DNA of 64,000 bases from Methanobacteriota archaeon (GCA_020696385.1 JAEHCQ010000002.1:192001-256000), one strand, 5' to 3'; positions 50,584 to 60,894 are shown, counted from the stretch's first letter. Numbers and translations are program-made. Notes: a model not told the origin generated them from the sequence alone.

Positions 50584-50695
50584 ATATAGATAATATACAA
50601 TCGCCAGTCATACCGATGAGCAGCTAATATTCGATAATATACGATAGCTGGTCATACCGATGAGTGGCTGATCACTAATCATATGATGACTGGAC
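50572..50695. repeat. Tandem 44-bp hairpin units starting in the nac 3' end
   Basis: Units at 50572 and 50616 both end in tcataccg; partial units at 50660 and 50686. Confidence 0.75.
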
Positions 50696-50801
50696 GAGAA
50701 ATATCGCCCATATAGCCATTTATCGATGATGAAAGTGTATGGACAAACTTTAAATCCATTGAAAGAATCAAGGTATTATTAAAATATAGATCTGGGGAGG
50801 A

Positions 50802-51023
50802 ATGCCCTTGGCTATGCCATTGCATGTACTTGAAAAATCCGTAATGAGAAAAGTAACCCTTTTACTAAAGGACGGCAGAATACTCGAAGGAAAGCTGACA
50901 GGCTATGACGAATATATGAACATGGTCCTAGAGGATACAGAAGAGACCCACAATGACAGTTTGAAAAGAATTGGCATGGTCATCCTCAGGGGCAATAACA
51001 TAGTCTCGATATCGCCAAAATAA
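50802..51023 (+). CDS. Sm-like protein (SmAP/LSm)
   Basis: GKLTGYDEYMNMVL, ILRGNNIVSISP. Confidence 0.95.
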   Translation: MPLAMPLHVLEKSVMRKVTLLLKDGRILEGKLTGYDEYMNMVLEDTEETHNDSLKRIGMVILRGNNIVSISPK

Positions 51024-51055
51024 TATCGAATACCCTGCAATTGAGTTGGTGAGCA

Positions 51056-52414
51056 ATGACTCGATTATTTGGAACAAATGGTATCAGGTGGCGTCCTGAC
51101 AGCGAGAAGGATCACAATTTCCCAGTGGAACTGGGATTGGCGATCGGCACTTATTTTGGAAAAGGTAGCACTATTTGTATGGGCAGGGACACCAGGATCA
51201 CCGGGCCAGTGATATCGGCCGGTGTTGCATCTGGAATACTATCAACAGGTTGTAGTATCATTGATGTTGGTGTTGTACCCACACCAACAGTTCAATATGG
51301 CGTCCGAATACTGGGTGTCGCAGGGGGTGTGATGATCACAGCCTCCCATAATCCTCCCGAGTTCAATGGTCTCAAATGTATTGACAATGACGGCACGGAG
51401 ATGGCCAGAGATAAGGAAGAGGAAATAGAAAAGATCTATTATTCCAAGGAATTTCAATATGCCAGATGGGACGAAGTGGGTAAATTCAAGGCCAATGATG
51501 AGATTAGTTTCGCCCACATGGATCATATTTCATCACTTATAGTTCCAGACTCTGGATGGAAGAAATTGAAAGTGGTGATCGATTGCTCCAATGGGCCAGC
51601 AGGAAAGTTCACACCCAAAATCCTCAGAGATATGGGATGCGATGTCCACACGATCAACGCACAGCCAGATGGAATGTTCCCTGGCAGATTGCCCGAACCA
51701 TTGGAGAAGAACCTAAGCGGCCTCATGAATGCGGTTGTGAATGCGGGAGCTGATCTTGGTATAGCTCATGATGGAGATGCGGACAGAGCGACATTCGTTG
51801 ATGAGAAGGGAAATTACATCAACGGGGACGAAAGCCTCGCCGTGTTCACGATAGACAGCCTGGCAACGGAGAAAGGAAAGGTCGTTGTACCCGTCAATAC
51901 CTCCAGAAAGGTCATTGACTCCATAGTTGAAAACGATGGAGAGGTTGAACTCACCCCCATTGGATCTCCCGTGATCGCCCGAAGGATGAAGATGGTCAAT
52001 GCCAGAGTGGGTGGGGAAGGCAATGGTGGAGTGATATTCCCCGAGAACATGCTATGCAGGGACGGCATCATGACCGCGGCAAAGATGGTGGAGATACTGG
52101 CCACTAGCGATCTGAAGCTTTCCGAGATGGTGGAGAACCTTCCAGATTATACCATAATAAGATCCAAGTTCACCTGCCCTGATGATCTAAAGACCAAGGT
52201 ACTGGACGATGTCAAGAAGGCGATGTCAGACCTCGAGGTCATTGACATTGATGGGGTAAAGATAGAGGGGGAGAACTGGTGGGTTTTGCTCAGACCATCA
52301 GGTACCGAACCCATATTCAGGGTCACTGCCGAAGCAAAGGATCCAGAGATGGCGCAGAATAAGCTGGACGAGTTCAAAGTCCTGCTGAAAAAGATAATTG
52401 AAGAATTATCTTGA
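51056..52414 (+). CDS. Phosphohexomutase (PMM/PGM or second GlmM)
   Basis: LFGTNGIR, TASHNP, DGDADR, GEGNGG, RPSGTEP. Confidence 0.9.
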   Translation: MTRLFGTNGIRWRPDSEKDHNFPVELGLAIGTYFGKGSTICMGRDTRITGPVISAGVASGILSTGCSIIDVGVVPTPTVQYGVRILGVAGGVMITASHNPPEFNGLKCIDNDGTEMARDKEEEIEKIYYSKEFQYARWDEVGKFKANDEISFAHMDHISSLIVPDSGWKKLKVVIDCSNGPAGKFTPKILRDMGCDVHTINAQPDGMFPGRLPEPLEKNLSGLMNAVVNAGADLGIAHDGDADRATFVDEKGNYINGDESLAVFTIDSLATEKGKVVVPVNTSRKVIDSIVENDGEVELTPIGSPVIARRMKMVNARVGGEGNGGVIFPENMLCRDGIMTAAKMVEILATSDLKLSEMVENLPDYTIIRSKFTCPDDLKTKVLDDVKKAMSDLEVIDIDGVKIEGENWWVLLRPSGTEPIFRVTAEAKDPEMAQNKLDEFKVLLKKIIEELS

Positions 52415-52508
52415 ATTATCTTGAATTATCTCTGATTATATTTTTCAGGAATTGTCCTGATCTTCTTTGGTTTTAATATTTTTTCTTTCCTTGAAGATCA
52501 TTGAGTGA

Positions 52509-54929
52509 TTAAGTTAATTTATCCAATTCAAGTAGTTCAAGCATATCTTTCATTTCTTGTGCCAGTTTTTGCTTGTTCTCGTCCGAGATAGAGCTGTCAA
52601 TTACGCCAGACATGGCCTTGATCTCATTTGTGAGAATATTGGCAAGGTCTTCTCTAACTGCCTTCGAGGTTTCAGCATGGGTGCTTGGCTCCTTAAAGAT
52701 GTTCACGCTATTTTCGAGCCATTTTGAACATGCTCTAGAATGATAGCAAAAAAGATTATGGGTCAATGCAAGTAAATCACCCTCGCCTGTTTTTTTGGCC
52801 ATTTTATAGGCCTCCATATTCTTTTCATGGGACAGATTTTCCTTGCCAAGCTTAATGTACATGACCGAAAGCACGCTCAGGGTGTTTATGGTCTGGGACC
52901 ATCGCCCAGATTTGTAAGTGATGTCCAGTGCCTCTTTACAGTGCTCAACCCCTTTTTCATATTCCTCCTGGTGATATGAAAGCATAGCCATATGCCATAA
53001 AATATCAGGTTTGGAAGAAGCAATTCCAGCATTATTGGCAATACCATATGCTTCTTTCAGTATCTCATCAGAGCCCTGCAAATCACCCTGAGACATCTGA
53101 ATATAGGCCATATTTACCATCACCTTGATTTTCAGATTGAGGTTATTATGTAAATCACAAAGCTTTACCAATTCTTGGAATATTTTCCATGCAATTTCGT
53201 TTTTTCCTTTCCGTAGGTAAAACACCCCTTTTGTGTTGATAACCCATGCAAGATTATCATAATCCTTTGCAGAACTTAGAGCCTCTTCAGCTATTTCCAA
53301 ATATGATATTGCTGTACTAAAATCGCCTGCTTTATTGGTAATATGTCCCAGGTACTTGTATGCAAGGCCACGATATTTATCAGATTTACTGATTTCTAAT
53401 AGGTTTAACAGTTCATTTACATGCTTCTCAACATCATGCCAGTGACTGTCTTCCTCTAGTTCTATGGCATTCAATAAGAATTGGGATTTATCATCAATAT
53501 CATGGGAAAATTCATAGGCAGCCAACCACATTCGAGTGGCCCCCTCCCGGTTGAAATTATTTATATATATCTCGGCGCAGGAAGAAGCATGTTTTACTGC
53601 TTTGCTTTTGTACTCTGGCTTCTTTTCAGCAAGCCAGCAGAACAATTCAGCCAATACTATTGTTTTCTCCGGATTATTTATCTCCAGAGCCAGTGCCCCG
53701 GATTCTGTGATTTTCATTATTTCGTCCTTTTCCATTTCATCCAGAACACTTTCTCCAATTGATGGGGTCAGGTGCTGGCCGGAGCCTGAAATAAAACCAG
53801 ATCTAATCATTTCTTCAAGAGCGTTTGAAATAATGTTTCTATCAAGCCTGGTGGAATCTTTAAGTGTGTTCGTATCCAGGGTTCCCAATATGGCCCCATG
53901 ACGAAGAATGACATTCACTGTTCCCCTGTTCTCCTGAGATATTTTTTCGATCATCTGGCTTATATCGATCTCTGATTCCTGCCTCATTGATGTTGAATAT
54001 TCTAGAGCTCCTATCAAATTTATTATTTCTTTCAAATTGCCATCCAGAGAGTCTAGAGCTCCATGGGTTCCCAAAAAAAGAACCTTGGAGGATTCAAGGT
54101 TTCTAAGAACATATGAAAGAAGCTGTAATGACGTAATATCTGCCTTGTCCAGATCCTCGGCAATGATCACAAGAGTTCCATCTCTGGATTGTTTTTCCAC
54201 TATGTTCAGAACATCATCATACATCTTCGATCTGTGCTGATTCATTTGTTGGAAGTCCCATTCACCCTCATATTGTTTTGATGCGAAGAAGCTGTCAAAT
54301 ACCGGGGCCTCAATGCCTTCAACGTCGCTGACAGAACCATTCCATTTTGCAAGCATATCTTGGTTCGCCCCTTCGATCTGAGCAAGAATCCTTCTCATCT
54401 CCGAAATAAGCTGGTCCGGGGTGGAGCCTGATAAGATCAAAGTAAGATTTAGCAAATTACCAGAGCATACAAGTATTTTATATCCCTGCATTTCAAATCT
54501 CTCAACACCCTGTTCTGAAAGTTCCTTGCCAGCATGCATTGACAAGGAATCCTTGACAAAATTCCGAACTGCGGCCATCATGGCACTTATTATATCAGGA
54601 TCCAGTGAACTATTGTCCCTACTTACAGTTCCCAGGTTCATTCCATTTTCATCAGCAAGCAATGCCAATTCAATTCGAGGAGGTTTTTCAATGTTTAGGA
54701 TCTTTTTCTTATTTCCTGGAAGTAATTGTTCAAAGGGAAGCTGGCTTCTGTCTCCAAAATAGGCATTCCAGATATTCGCACCTGCCATATCAGCGGTGTC
54801 CATGGCGTTCATCACAGGCAATATCGATGCGCCTGGTTCCTTTTCAATAAGAATTATCTGGGGTTCACTGGCCTCTGCCTTGTCAAAATATTCGATAAAC
54901 AATTTTTGAAACTCATCAGAAAAAACCAT
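52509..54929 (-). CDS. TPR protein with degenerate P-loop region and inserted roadblock/longin-like domain
   Basis: LDPDIISAMMAAVRNFVKDS; IAEDLDKADITSLQLL; C-terminal TPR-like helices. Confidence 0.6.
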   Translation of the reverse strand: MVFSDEFQKLFIEYFDKAEASEPQIILIEKEPGASILPVMNAMDTADMAGANIWNAYFGDRSQLPFEQLLPGNKKKILNIEKPPRIELALLADENGMNLGTVSRDNSSLDPDIISAMMAAVRNFVKDSLSMHAGKELSEQGVERFEMQGYKILVCSGNLLNLTLILSGSTPDQLISEMRRILAQIEGANQDMLAKWNGSVSDVEGIEAPVFDSFFASKQYEGEWDFQQMNQHRSKMYDDVLNIVEKQSRDGTLVIIAEDLDKADITSLQLLSYVLRNLESSKVLFLGTHGALDSLDGNLKEIINLIGALEYSTSMRQESEIDISQMIEKISQENRGTVNVILRHGAILGTLDTNTLKDSTRLDRNIISNALEEMIRSGFISGSGQHLTPSIGESVLDEMEKDEIMKITESGALALEINNPEKTIVLAELFCWLAEKKPEYKSKAVKHASSCAEIYINNFNREGATRMWLAAYEFSHDIDDKSQFLLNAIELEEDSHWHDVEKHVNELLNLLEISKSDKYRGLAYKYLGHITNKAGDFSTAISYLEIAEEALSSAKDYDNLAWVINTKGVFYLRKGKNEIAWKIFQELVKLCDLHNNLNLKIKVMVNMAYIQMSQGDLQGSDEILKEAYGIANNAGIASSKPDILWHMAMLSYHQEEYEKGVEHCKEALDITYKSGRWSQTINTLSVLSVMYIKLGKENLSHEKNMEAYKMAKKTGEGDLLALTHNLFCYHSRACSKWLENSVNIFKEPSTHAETSKAVREDLANILTNEIKAMSGVIDSSISDENKQKLAQEMKDMLELLELDKLT

Positions 54930-55067
54930 GCCAATCCTCGTAACCTATACCAGTAAATCGATTGACTATATTTATACATTGGGGGTTTTGTTTGGTACTT
55001 CGATATATGAATATCCGAGTTCTATATTATTGGATCTCTGTATTGAGCCAGTTATATTATCCTACTC

Positions 55068-55742
55068 CTATTTTTCCTTCATATTCTTAGTCATTTTCCT
55101 TTCCTTTGATATGAGTGAGAACTCGCCAACAATATACCCCAGGGCGATGCCGATCACAATACCCGCGATCATGCCTGTTATTAGCCTTATAAGATTAGTG
55201 CTCTCATAACTGTCGAACAACATCTGGGTTGTCCCATCTATGCCCATCGGCACCAGGCCAAGAATTATCCAGAAGATATTCAATTCCATTGAGAAAAAGA
55301 CAATGGCGAAAACACCTATGGCCAGACCCATGAATATGGCAATATCTCGAGCGCAGAAGGGCATTTGATTATCATTCAGGAAATAAGAACGGCTAGCTTT
55401 TTGATGACAATTCACATCCCCTGCATCGTAGAAGAATTTAGCTAACGGATTGTCTATCTGGGATATGGTGTAAGTGAAATCCCTGGTACCCACGACACCA
55501 TCGTCGCCAAGGTCGATGGTGCCAGCATCCACAAGGTATGGGGAAAAGGCAGACCCCAAGAACCATAGTAGAGTTAGAACGAATACGATGAGGATGGGGA
55601 CATGTGGGCTTTCTCTCCGGAATATCTCTGGACGTTCCAGTAATTCTTTCAGAGATGCCATTATGTCCATGCTGTCTTCAAGGTCATTTTGATAGATAAC
55701 TCTTGCCCAGAGAAAGAGGTATGAGCCGATGGAACCGCTCAC
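55068..55742 (-). CDS. DUF2085 membrane protein
   Basis: CHQKASRS, MPFCARD, PMGIDGTTQ, ESTNLIRLITG. Confidence 0.85.
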   Translation of the reverse strand: MSGSIGSYLFLWARVIYQNDLEDSMDIMASLKELLERPEIFRRESPHVPILIVFVLTLLWFLGSAFSPYLVDAGTIDLGDDGVVGTRDFTYTISQIDNPLAKFFYDAGDVNCHQKASRSYFLNDNQMPFCARDIAIFMGLAIGVFAIVFFSMELNIFWIILGLVPMGIDGTTQMLFDSYESTNLIRLITGMIAGIVIGIALGYIVGEFSLISKERKMTKNMKEK

Positions 55743-56914
55743 TCGCCGATCTTCTCACCGCATTCTTTACAGAACTTGGCATCACTGGCCAGCTCGGCAT
55801 TGCACTTTGGGCATTGAACCTTGGTTGGTGCTCCACATTCATCACAGAACTTAGCATCACTGTCTATCTGAGCATCGCATTTCGCACAGTTGGCCGTGTC
55901 CTGAGAGGTTATCGTGTTTCCGCATTCCTTGCAGAATTTCGCGTCACTGGCCAGCAGCTCTCCACAATGTGGGCATTTGACCTTCACCTCGGTTTGTGGT
56001 TCAGATCCTTGTTGCATCCCCTGGCTCATCGCGCCTCCCATTCCAAGACCCATTCCGGCTCCCGCGCCGAGGCCTGCCAAAGCTGTGGCTCCACTATCGC
56101 CGCCTTTGGCCGCACCTTCTCCAACACCCTCAATGGCCTTCCCGGTCTGGTATTGCATATAATTGACACCCAGAGCACCCATCGCACCCCTCTTGTCAAT
56201 GGCTTCCTGCACTTCCTTTGGAGGTGTGATCGTCAGGCCAGCCAGGTTCATGATCTTCAGACCGTATTGAGATATTTCCCCGGTCATTTTGCTGAGTACC
56301 AATTGCTCGATCTCCTGAAGATAAGCTGGCATCTCGACAAGTGCCATATTCTTGTCCTTCTTCAGCTCGCCGAGGGCGTCGTTCACGGTCTGGATCAGTT
56401 CGGTCTTCAGCCATTCGATCACCTGCTGGCTGGAACTGTATCCCCGTGTTCCGATGAATTGTGTTATGAATTGTATGGGGTCTGTCACCTTGTATGCGAA
56501 ATTTCCAAATACCCTTATTCTCACCATGCCGAAATCCTGATCTTTGAAGACCAGTGGCTCGGCTGTGCCGAATTTACCTCTGAACTCCCTTCTCTGAAGA
56601 TAATAAACCTCTCCCAATTGCTTCACACCAGTGATCGCTGAGCCAAGTGATGTGAGGATCGGTAGGTTCTGGGTCGTGAGTGCGAACCTTCCTGGCTGGT
56701 CGAAGACATGCATTGCCTTTCCATCCCTGAAGAAGACCGCGAACTCATCCTCATTTACCACGATATTGTCATTGTAATAGATATTCGTGGGTATCTTGTA
56801 AAGGATATTCTCACCTTTGTATTCCAATGGCCATGAGTATGTGTTCCTGGCCACATCGCCTTTCGTGCTCTTTCCTCTATTGAATATTCCCAATTTATCA
56901 CCTCTCCATTTCAC
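55739..56914 (-). CDS. SPFH/band-7-like protein with double zinc ribbons
   Basis: AVFFRDGK, KFGTAEP, repeated CxxC...AKFCxECG. Confidence 0.88.
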   Translation of the reverse strand: MKWRGDKLGIFNRGKSTKGDVARNTYSWPLEYKGENILYKIPTNIYYNDNIVVNEDEFAVFFRDGKAMHVFDQPGRFALTTQNLPILTSLGSAITGVKQLGEVYYLQRREFRGKFGTAEPLVFKDQDFGMVRIRVFGNFAYKVTDPIQFITQFIGTRGYSSSQQVIEWLKTELIQTVNDALGELKKDKNMALVEMPAYLQEIEQLVLSKMTGEISQYGLKIMNLAGLTITPPKEVQEAIDKRGAMGALGVNYMQYQTGKAIEGVGEGAAKGGDSGATALAGLGAGAGMGLGMGGAMSQGMQQGSEPQTEVKVKCPHCGELLASDAKFCKECGNTITSQDTANCAKCDAQIDSDAKFCDECGAPTKVQCPKCNAELASDAKFCKECGEKIGE

Positions 56915-57453
56915 TCCAGTACAAGCAATCCCGCAATTGCTTCCCGTCTTTTATCAAATAATTCCTCGAACTTGTTAAGGGCTTCCTTCGCGATATCGAT
57001 GCCTTTGCACGCATCATCCTTATTACTGGATGATGTGGCATTTTTCAGTTTTTCCGATGCGCCTTTGACATTATCAATATTGTATATGAGGCTAAGATCC
57101 CAATCATACATATTGAAAAGCTGGCCTTGCTGTATACGATAGTCTGGAGATACACCAGTGTATCCCTGTTCCGCATGCCTTATCTTGTTCATGGCGGCTG
57201 ATGTGAGGTTTATCAACTTCCCGATATCATCCAGGCACTCGATATCATTGTTGGATACTAAATTATCCCTGGATGCCTCGAGGTCTTTGACCGCGTGGCC
57301 CAGCTTATCAGCCAGTTGCTCCCTGAGGAGGCGATCGGCTATCCGCAGGTCCTCTTTCTCCCTGTAACCCTTGAAACCTGGAATTACCAGCTGTATCTTC
57401 TTCAATAATCCTCTGTCATCCTCAACTTTCTGTCTGAGATCCGTCATTTTCAA
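56911..57453 (-). CDS. Helical protein associated with the SPFH gene
   Basis: IPGFKGYREKEDLRIADRLLR; coupled to SPFH gene. Confidence 0.75.
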   Translation of the reverse strand: MKMTDLRQKVEDDRGLLKKIQLVIPGFKGYREKEDLRIADRLLREQLADKLGHAVKDLEASRDNLVSNNDIECLDDIGKLINLTSAAMNKIRHAEQGYTGVSPDYRIQQGQLFNMYDWDLSLIYNIDNVKGASEKLKNATSSSNKDDACKGIDIAKEALNKFEELFDKRREAIAGLLVLE

Positions 57454-57541
57454 TCCCCTATCTAATGAAGTTAAGCCTGATTGAGTATATTAACTTTGTT
57501 TCGGCATGCCCATGATTCCGATCATCGAAAGCTGTATCATA

Positions 57542-58675
57542 TCAACCCTTTTTCTTCAAAGATATGACAGCCAGTGCTAGAAGGACCAATGCGAATATCA
57601 CCAATGCCACCATATCCATCCATATCATGTCCAGACCCCAACCCCTTATCATGACGGACCTTGCGGCCGTTATTGAATATGAAGGAGGAACAAAATAGCT
57701 GGCGGGTCTGAGCCATGCAGGTATTGCTTCCAATGGCCAGAACACTCCCGAAAGAAGGAAGGCGGGCATGACTATCAATGGAAGGAACTGGGCTGCTTGG
57801 GCTTCTCTTTGCGCAAATGATGATAGTAGAATTCCCAGGGCCTGGCAAACTATAGCCAGCAGGGCGACGACCGCGAATACCAAGAGAATATTACCTTCTA
57901 TCATGACATCGAATGCCAGAATACCCACGACTATCATGAATATCGATTGGAGAGTTCCCACAATGCTGAATGTCAATGCATAACCTGATACTATCTCCGA
58001 TTCTCTGAGTGGTGTGGCCAGTACTCTTGACAATGTACCACTGACACGCTCGCCGATGAAGGCCATGAGCGTGAGGAGAGTGGTGAATAAATAGACAGCG
58101 AAGCTGACTATCCCGGGAACGAAGAAGTCCATGAATTCCGCGTTCTGGCCGTATACCTCGGTTCTTTCCACGGTGACTGGCAGGCTCCCTCCATTCTCTT
58201 CCATGGTTGCCATTAATGCGGAATTGACCTCTATGATTATTGCCTCTGCCAGGTTCACATTGCTCATATCGATATACAGCTCGATCTCCGAGCTGGCATT
58301 GGTGAATGGGATTATACTAGCCATTGTATTTGCCGTATAATTCTCTGAGAAATATATGACAGCCCAGGCATCTCCAGCCTCTAGGCTATCAATTGCCGTG
58401 GCCAGATCATCACTTTCCTGAATATCCAGCGTATCATGGTCTATATTATCTATCACCTGATCTGCAAAATCAATGTTTCCCACTACCGGAATGTCCATGC
58501 CATTATCGTGATTGACAATAATGACGCCTATATTCTCCACCTCTCCACTGAAGGCCAGTCCAAAAACTGCCATTGAGAAAAGAGGGGCGATGATTATCAG
58601 GGCAAGACTTCGTTTGTCATTCTTCAGGTCGATGAAAACTCTTTTACTGACTGCCAGTATTCTTCCAATATCCAT
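57542..58675 (-). CDS. ABC-2 type exporter permease
   Basis: ERVSGTLSRVLATPL, LSGVFWPLEAIP; multi-TM. Confidence 0.9.
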   Translation of the reverse strand: MDIGRILAVSKRVFIDLKNDKRSLALIIIAPLFSMAVFGLAFSGEVENIGVIIVNHDNGMDIPVVGNIDFADQVIDNIDHDTLDIQESDDLATAIDSLEAGDAWAVIYFSENYTANTMASIIPFTNASSEIELYIDMSNVNLAEAIIIEVNSALMATMEENGGSLPVTVERTEVYGQNAEFMDFFVPGIVSFAVYLFTTLLTLMAFIGERVSGTLSRVLATPLRESEIVSGYALTFSIVGTLQSIFMIVVGILAFDVMIEGNILLVFAVVALLAIVCQALGILLSSFAQREAQAAQFLPLIVMPAFLLSGVFWPLEAIPAWLRPASYFVPPSYSITAARSVMIRGWGLDMIWMDMVALVIFALVLLALAVISLKKKG

Positions 58676-58789
58676 TATGGATCACCTCTCTCTGTTCGGA
58701 GATCTCGTATGTGAGAACTGTGTTCACACATATGAAGCTTCGAACCACGCTCGAAGGTCTGAATGCGATCGCCATGCTCTCTCATTCAA
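58676..58789 (-). promoter_or_regulatory. Structured pre-start-codon element, copy E (long)
   Basis: ttgaatgagagagcatggcgatcgcattca gaccttcgagcgtggttcgaagct tcatatgtgtgaacacagttctcacatacga gatctccgaacagagagaggtgatc cata then ATG. Confidence 0.75.
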
Positions 58790-59540
58790 CCCCACCTCCA
58801 TCAGGCATGCGACCGTCGGAGGTCTCCCCAATGGTCGCATAATGAAGGAAAGCGTCCTCCAAATTATCCGTGCCAGTGTCTTTCATTATCTCATACGGTA
58901 TGCCTTCGGCAATTAGCTTCCCCTGGCGCATGAAACCCACTCTATCACAGTTCCTGGCCTCGTCCATGTAATGGGTGGTGATAATCACGGTCGTTCCATT
59001 CTCCTTGAGCTTATTGAAATACTTCCAGAAGTTGGCCCTCAATTTCGGGTCAACGCCAACTGTTGGCTCATCAAGAAATAGAACATCGGGTTCGTGTATC
59101 AAAGTACATGCCAGACTGACACGATGTTTCATTCCGCCGCTGAGGTTCTGCACGAGTTCGTCTTTCCAATCTTCCAGATCAACAAACTTTAGCAATTCCG
59201 CTTCTTTGATAGCTATCTGCTCTTTCGACATACCGAATAATTTTCCGAAGAATTCCATATTCTGATGGACCGTGAGACCGATGTACATCGCGGTCTCCTG
59301 AGGCATGAAGCCGATATTACTGGCTATCTGCTTGTTGGGGATCTCAGCATCAAGAACCTGAGCCGTGCCCGATGTCTTTTTCAGCAAACCCACAAGGACC
59401 TTGATGGCCGTTGTCTTCCCGGCACCATTCGGGCCAAGTAGTCCATATATCTCGCCCTTGATCACTTGCAGTTCCAAACCATCCAGTGCCTTGAAGTCTC
59501 CATAGTTCTTTGTCAATTTATCTGTCTTAACTGCCAACAT
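58782..59540 (-). CDS. ABC transporter ATP-binding protein
   Basis: GPNGAGKT, LSGGM, LDEPT, TTHYMDEA. Confidence 0.95.
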   Translation of the reverse strand: MLAVKTDKLTKNYGDFKALDGLELQVIKGEIYGLLGPNGAGKTTAIKVLVGLLKKTSGTAQVLDAEIPNKQIASNIGFMPQETAMYIGLTVHQNMEFFGKLFGMSKEQIAIKEAELLKFVDLEDWKDELVQNLSGGMKHRVSLACTLIHEPDVLFLDEPTVGVDPKLRANFWKYFNKLKENGTTVIITTHYMDEARNCDRVGFMRQGKLIAEGIPYEIMKDTGTDNLEDAFLHYATIGETSDGRMPDGGGVE

Positions 59541-59541
59541 C

Positions 59542-60138
59542 TCAATCGCTCCTTTTTGCTACACCATTTACGAAGATCTCTGCAAATTGTCTCATTCCAT
59601 CATCTGTTCTATTTTTCATAAATATGTCATCACCCAGGAAGGCGGTGGTCACTAGGATTCTGAATAAATAACTGAAGAAAGCGATGGCCATTATCTCGGA
59701 ATCCACATCATTTCTCACAATGCCCATCGTTTTGGCCTTGTCGAAGTATTTTTCCAGCATGTCGATGGCCGCCATTGGTACAGCTCCAATATGATCGAAT
59801 ATCTCCGGGTATCTATTAACTTCCATCACCATTAGTTTGAAGAAGTTGGCCTTTCCCAACATTCCTCGGGACATGAAACTGCCTATCATTGTCAATTCAT
59901 TAACAAGATCACCCGATGGTTCGATCTCATGTTGAATTATCTCAAACCTGACCATCGCCTCACGGTCGATCACTGCCAGAAACAGTTTCTCTTTGGATTC
60001 AAAATGCCTGAAAAGTGTAACTTCATTCACGCTGGCCTTTTCTGCAATTGCCTTTGTCGTTGTGGCCTTTAATCCATCTTGAGAAATCAATTCAAGTGCC
60101 GCGTCCAGTATCTGAGTCTTTGTGTCTGTTTTTGCCAT
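59542..60138 (-). CDS. TetR/AcrR family regulator
   Basis: TTKAIAEKASVNEVTLFRHFESKEKL; likely start 60138. Confidence 0.92.
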   Translation of the reverse strand: MAKTDTKTQILDAALELISQDGLKATTTKAIAEKASVNEVTLFRHFESKEKLFLAVIDREAMVRFEIIQHEIEPSGDLVNELTMIGSFMSRGMLGKANFFKLMVMEVNRYPEIFDHIGAVPMAAIDMLEKYFDKAKTMGIVRNDVDSEIMAIAFFSYLFRILVTTAFLGDDIFMKNRTDDGMRQFAEIFVNGVAKRSD

Positions 60139-60157
60139 ATTATTATCCCGTTTTTGC

Positions 60158-60200
60158 ATGCAAGTGCTTACTTACATTATGGCAGATGAGGTATATAAAT
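60158..60200 (-). promoter_or_regulatory. TATA box and candidate TetR operator
   Basis: TTTATATA (60193..60200, minus) and imperfect palindrome atgcaagt-gctt-acttacat (60158..60177). Confidence 0.6.
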
Positions 60201-60252
60201 CTATTTATTCAATCCTCTAGGAGGGCAATTAAATGGAGAAATACTCAGCCAT

Positions 60253-60894
60253 TTACTCGAAAGGCTGACGTATGATCGTTTTCAATTTTTCCGGAGCCGT
60301 TCTCCGGAAATCACTCAGGTAGATCTCATGATGCCTGCCTCTTGGCCTACACACATTCTCTCCGATATGGTCATGGATCCTTTCTATCGTAGGCCCTTCC
60401 TCCGAGAAGGGGCCTATGTGCATTATCTGGGCTGATGGTCCTTCCTTATATTTTTCAAATCTCAATTTAGGTAATGCTGGCAGGTCTTTTTTCTTTTCTA
60501 CTTTCTGTATAGATGCCTTTACAATTTCATTGGTTATAGAAAATTCCCCATTACCAGGCTGCATTATCATAGCGGTCCATTTCCAATCATCCTTCTCATT
60601 GATATTGAACTTACTCATGTCATCCACCCACCAAAGGCCTTCCAAAGGCATGACTCCATAATCAATAGCCAGTGGGCCTTTCTTTATACTGAATTTGATA
60701 TCATAAGATACCGAGAACAAAGCCTCTATCGCGTCCTTGTAATCCTGAGAAGTGTTGGGATCTCCCTCTCCATCGATCATCAGAAAATTCAATTCCGGAA
60801 CATCTACGATTATAACGTCTTTTTTTCCGGGGCTGTATAAGTGCTTCAATTCCTTTTTGAAATCAATTTTTTTCATGCTATTACCAATATACAT
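60253..60894 (-). CDS. GyrI-like small-molecule-binding protein
   Basis: PLEGLWW, HIGPFSEE, HHEIYLSDFRR, KTIIRQP. Confidence 0.9.
   Translation of the reverse strand: MYIGNSMKKIDFKKELKHLYSPGKKDVIIVDVPELNFLMIDGEGDPNTSQDYKDAIEALFSVSYDIKFSIKKGPLAIDYGVMPLEGLWWVDDMSKFNINEKDDWKWTAMIMQPGNGEFSITNEIVKASIQKVEKKKDLPALPKLRFEKYKEGPSAQIMHIGPFSEEGPTIERIHDHIGENVCRPRGRHHEIYLSDFRRTAPEKLKTIIRQPFE

Noticed and set aside
50570-50700. C/D box sRNA (TGATGA motifs)
   Set aside because: Box spacing unconvincing; better explained by tandem hairpins
55703-56641. 312-aa plus-strand ORF
   Set aside because: Antisense shadow of the SPFH gene with no recognisable motifs; same reasoning for the other antisense ORFs
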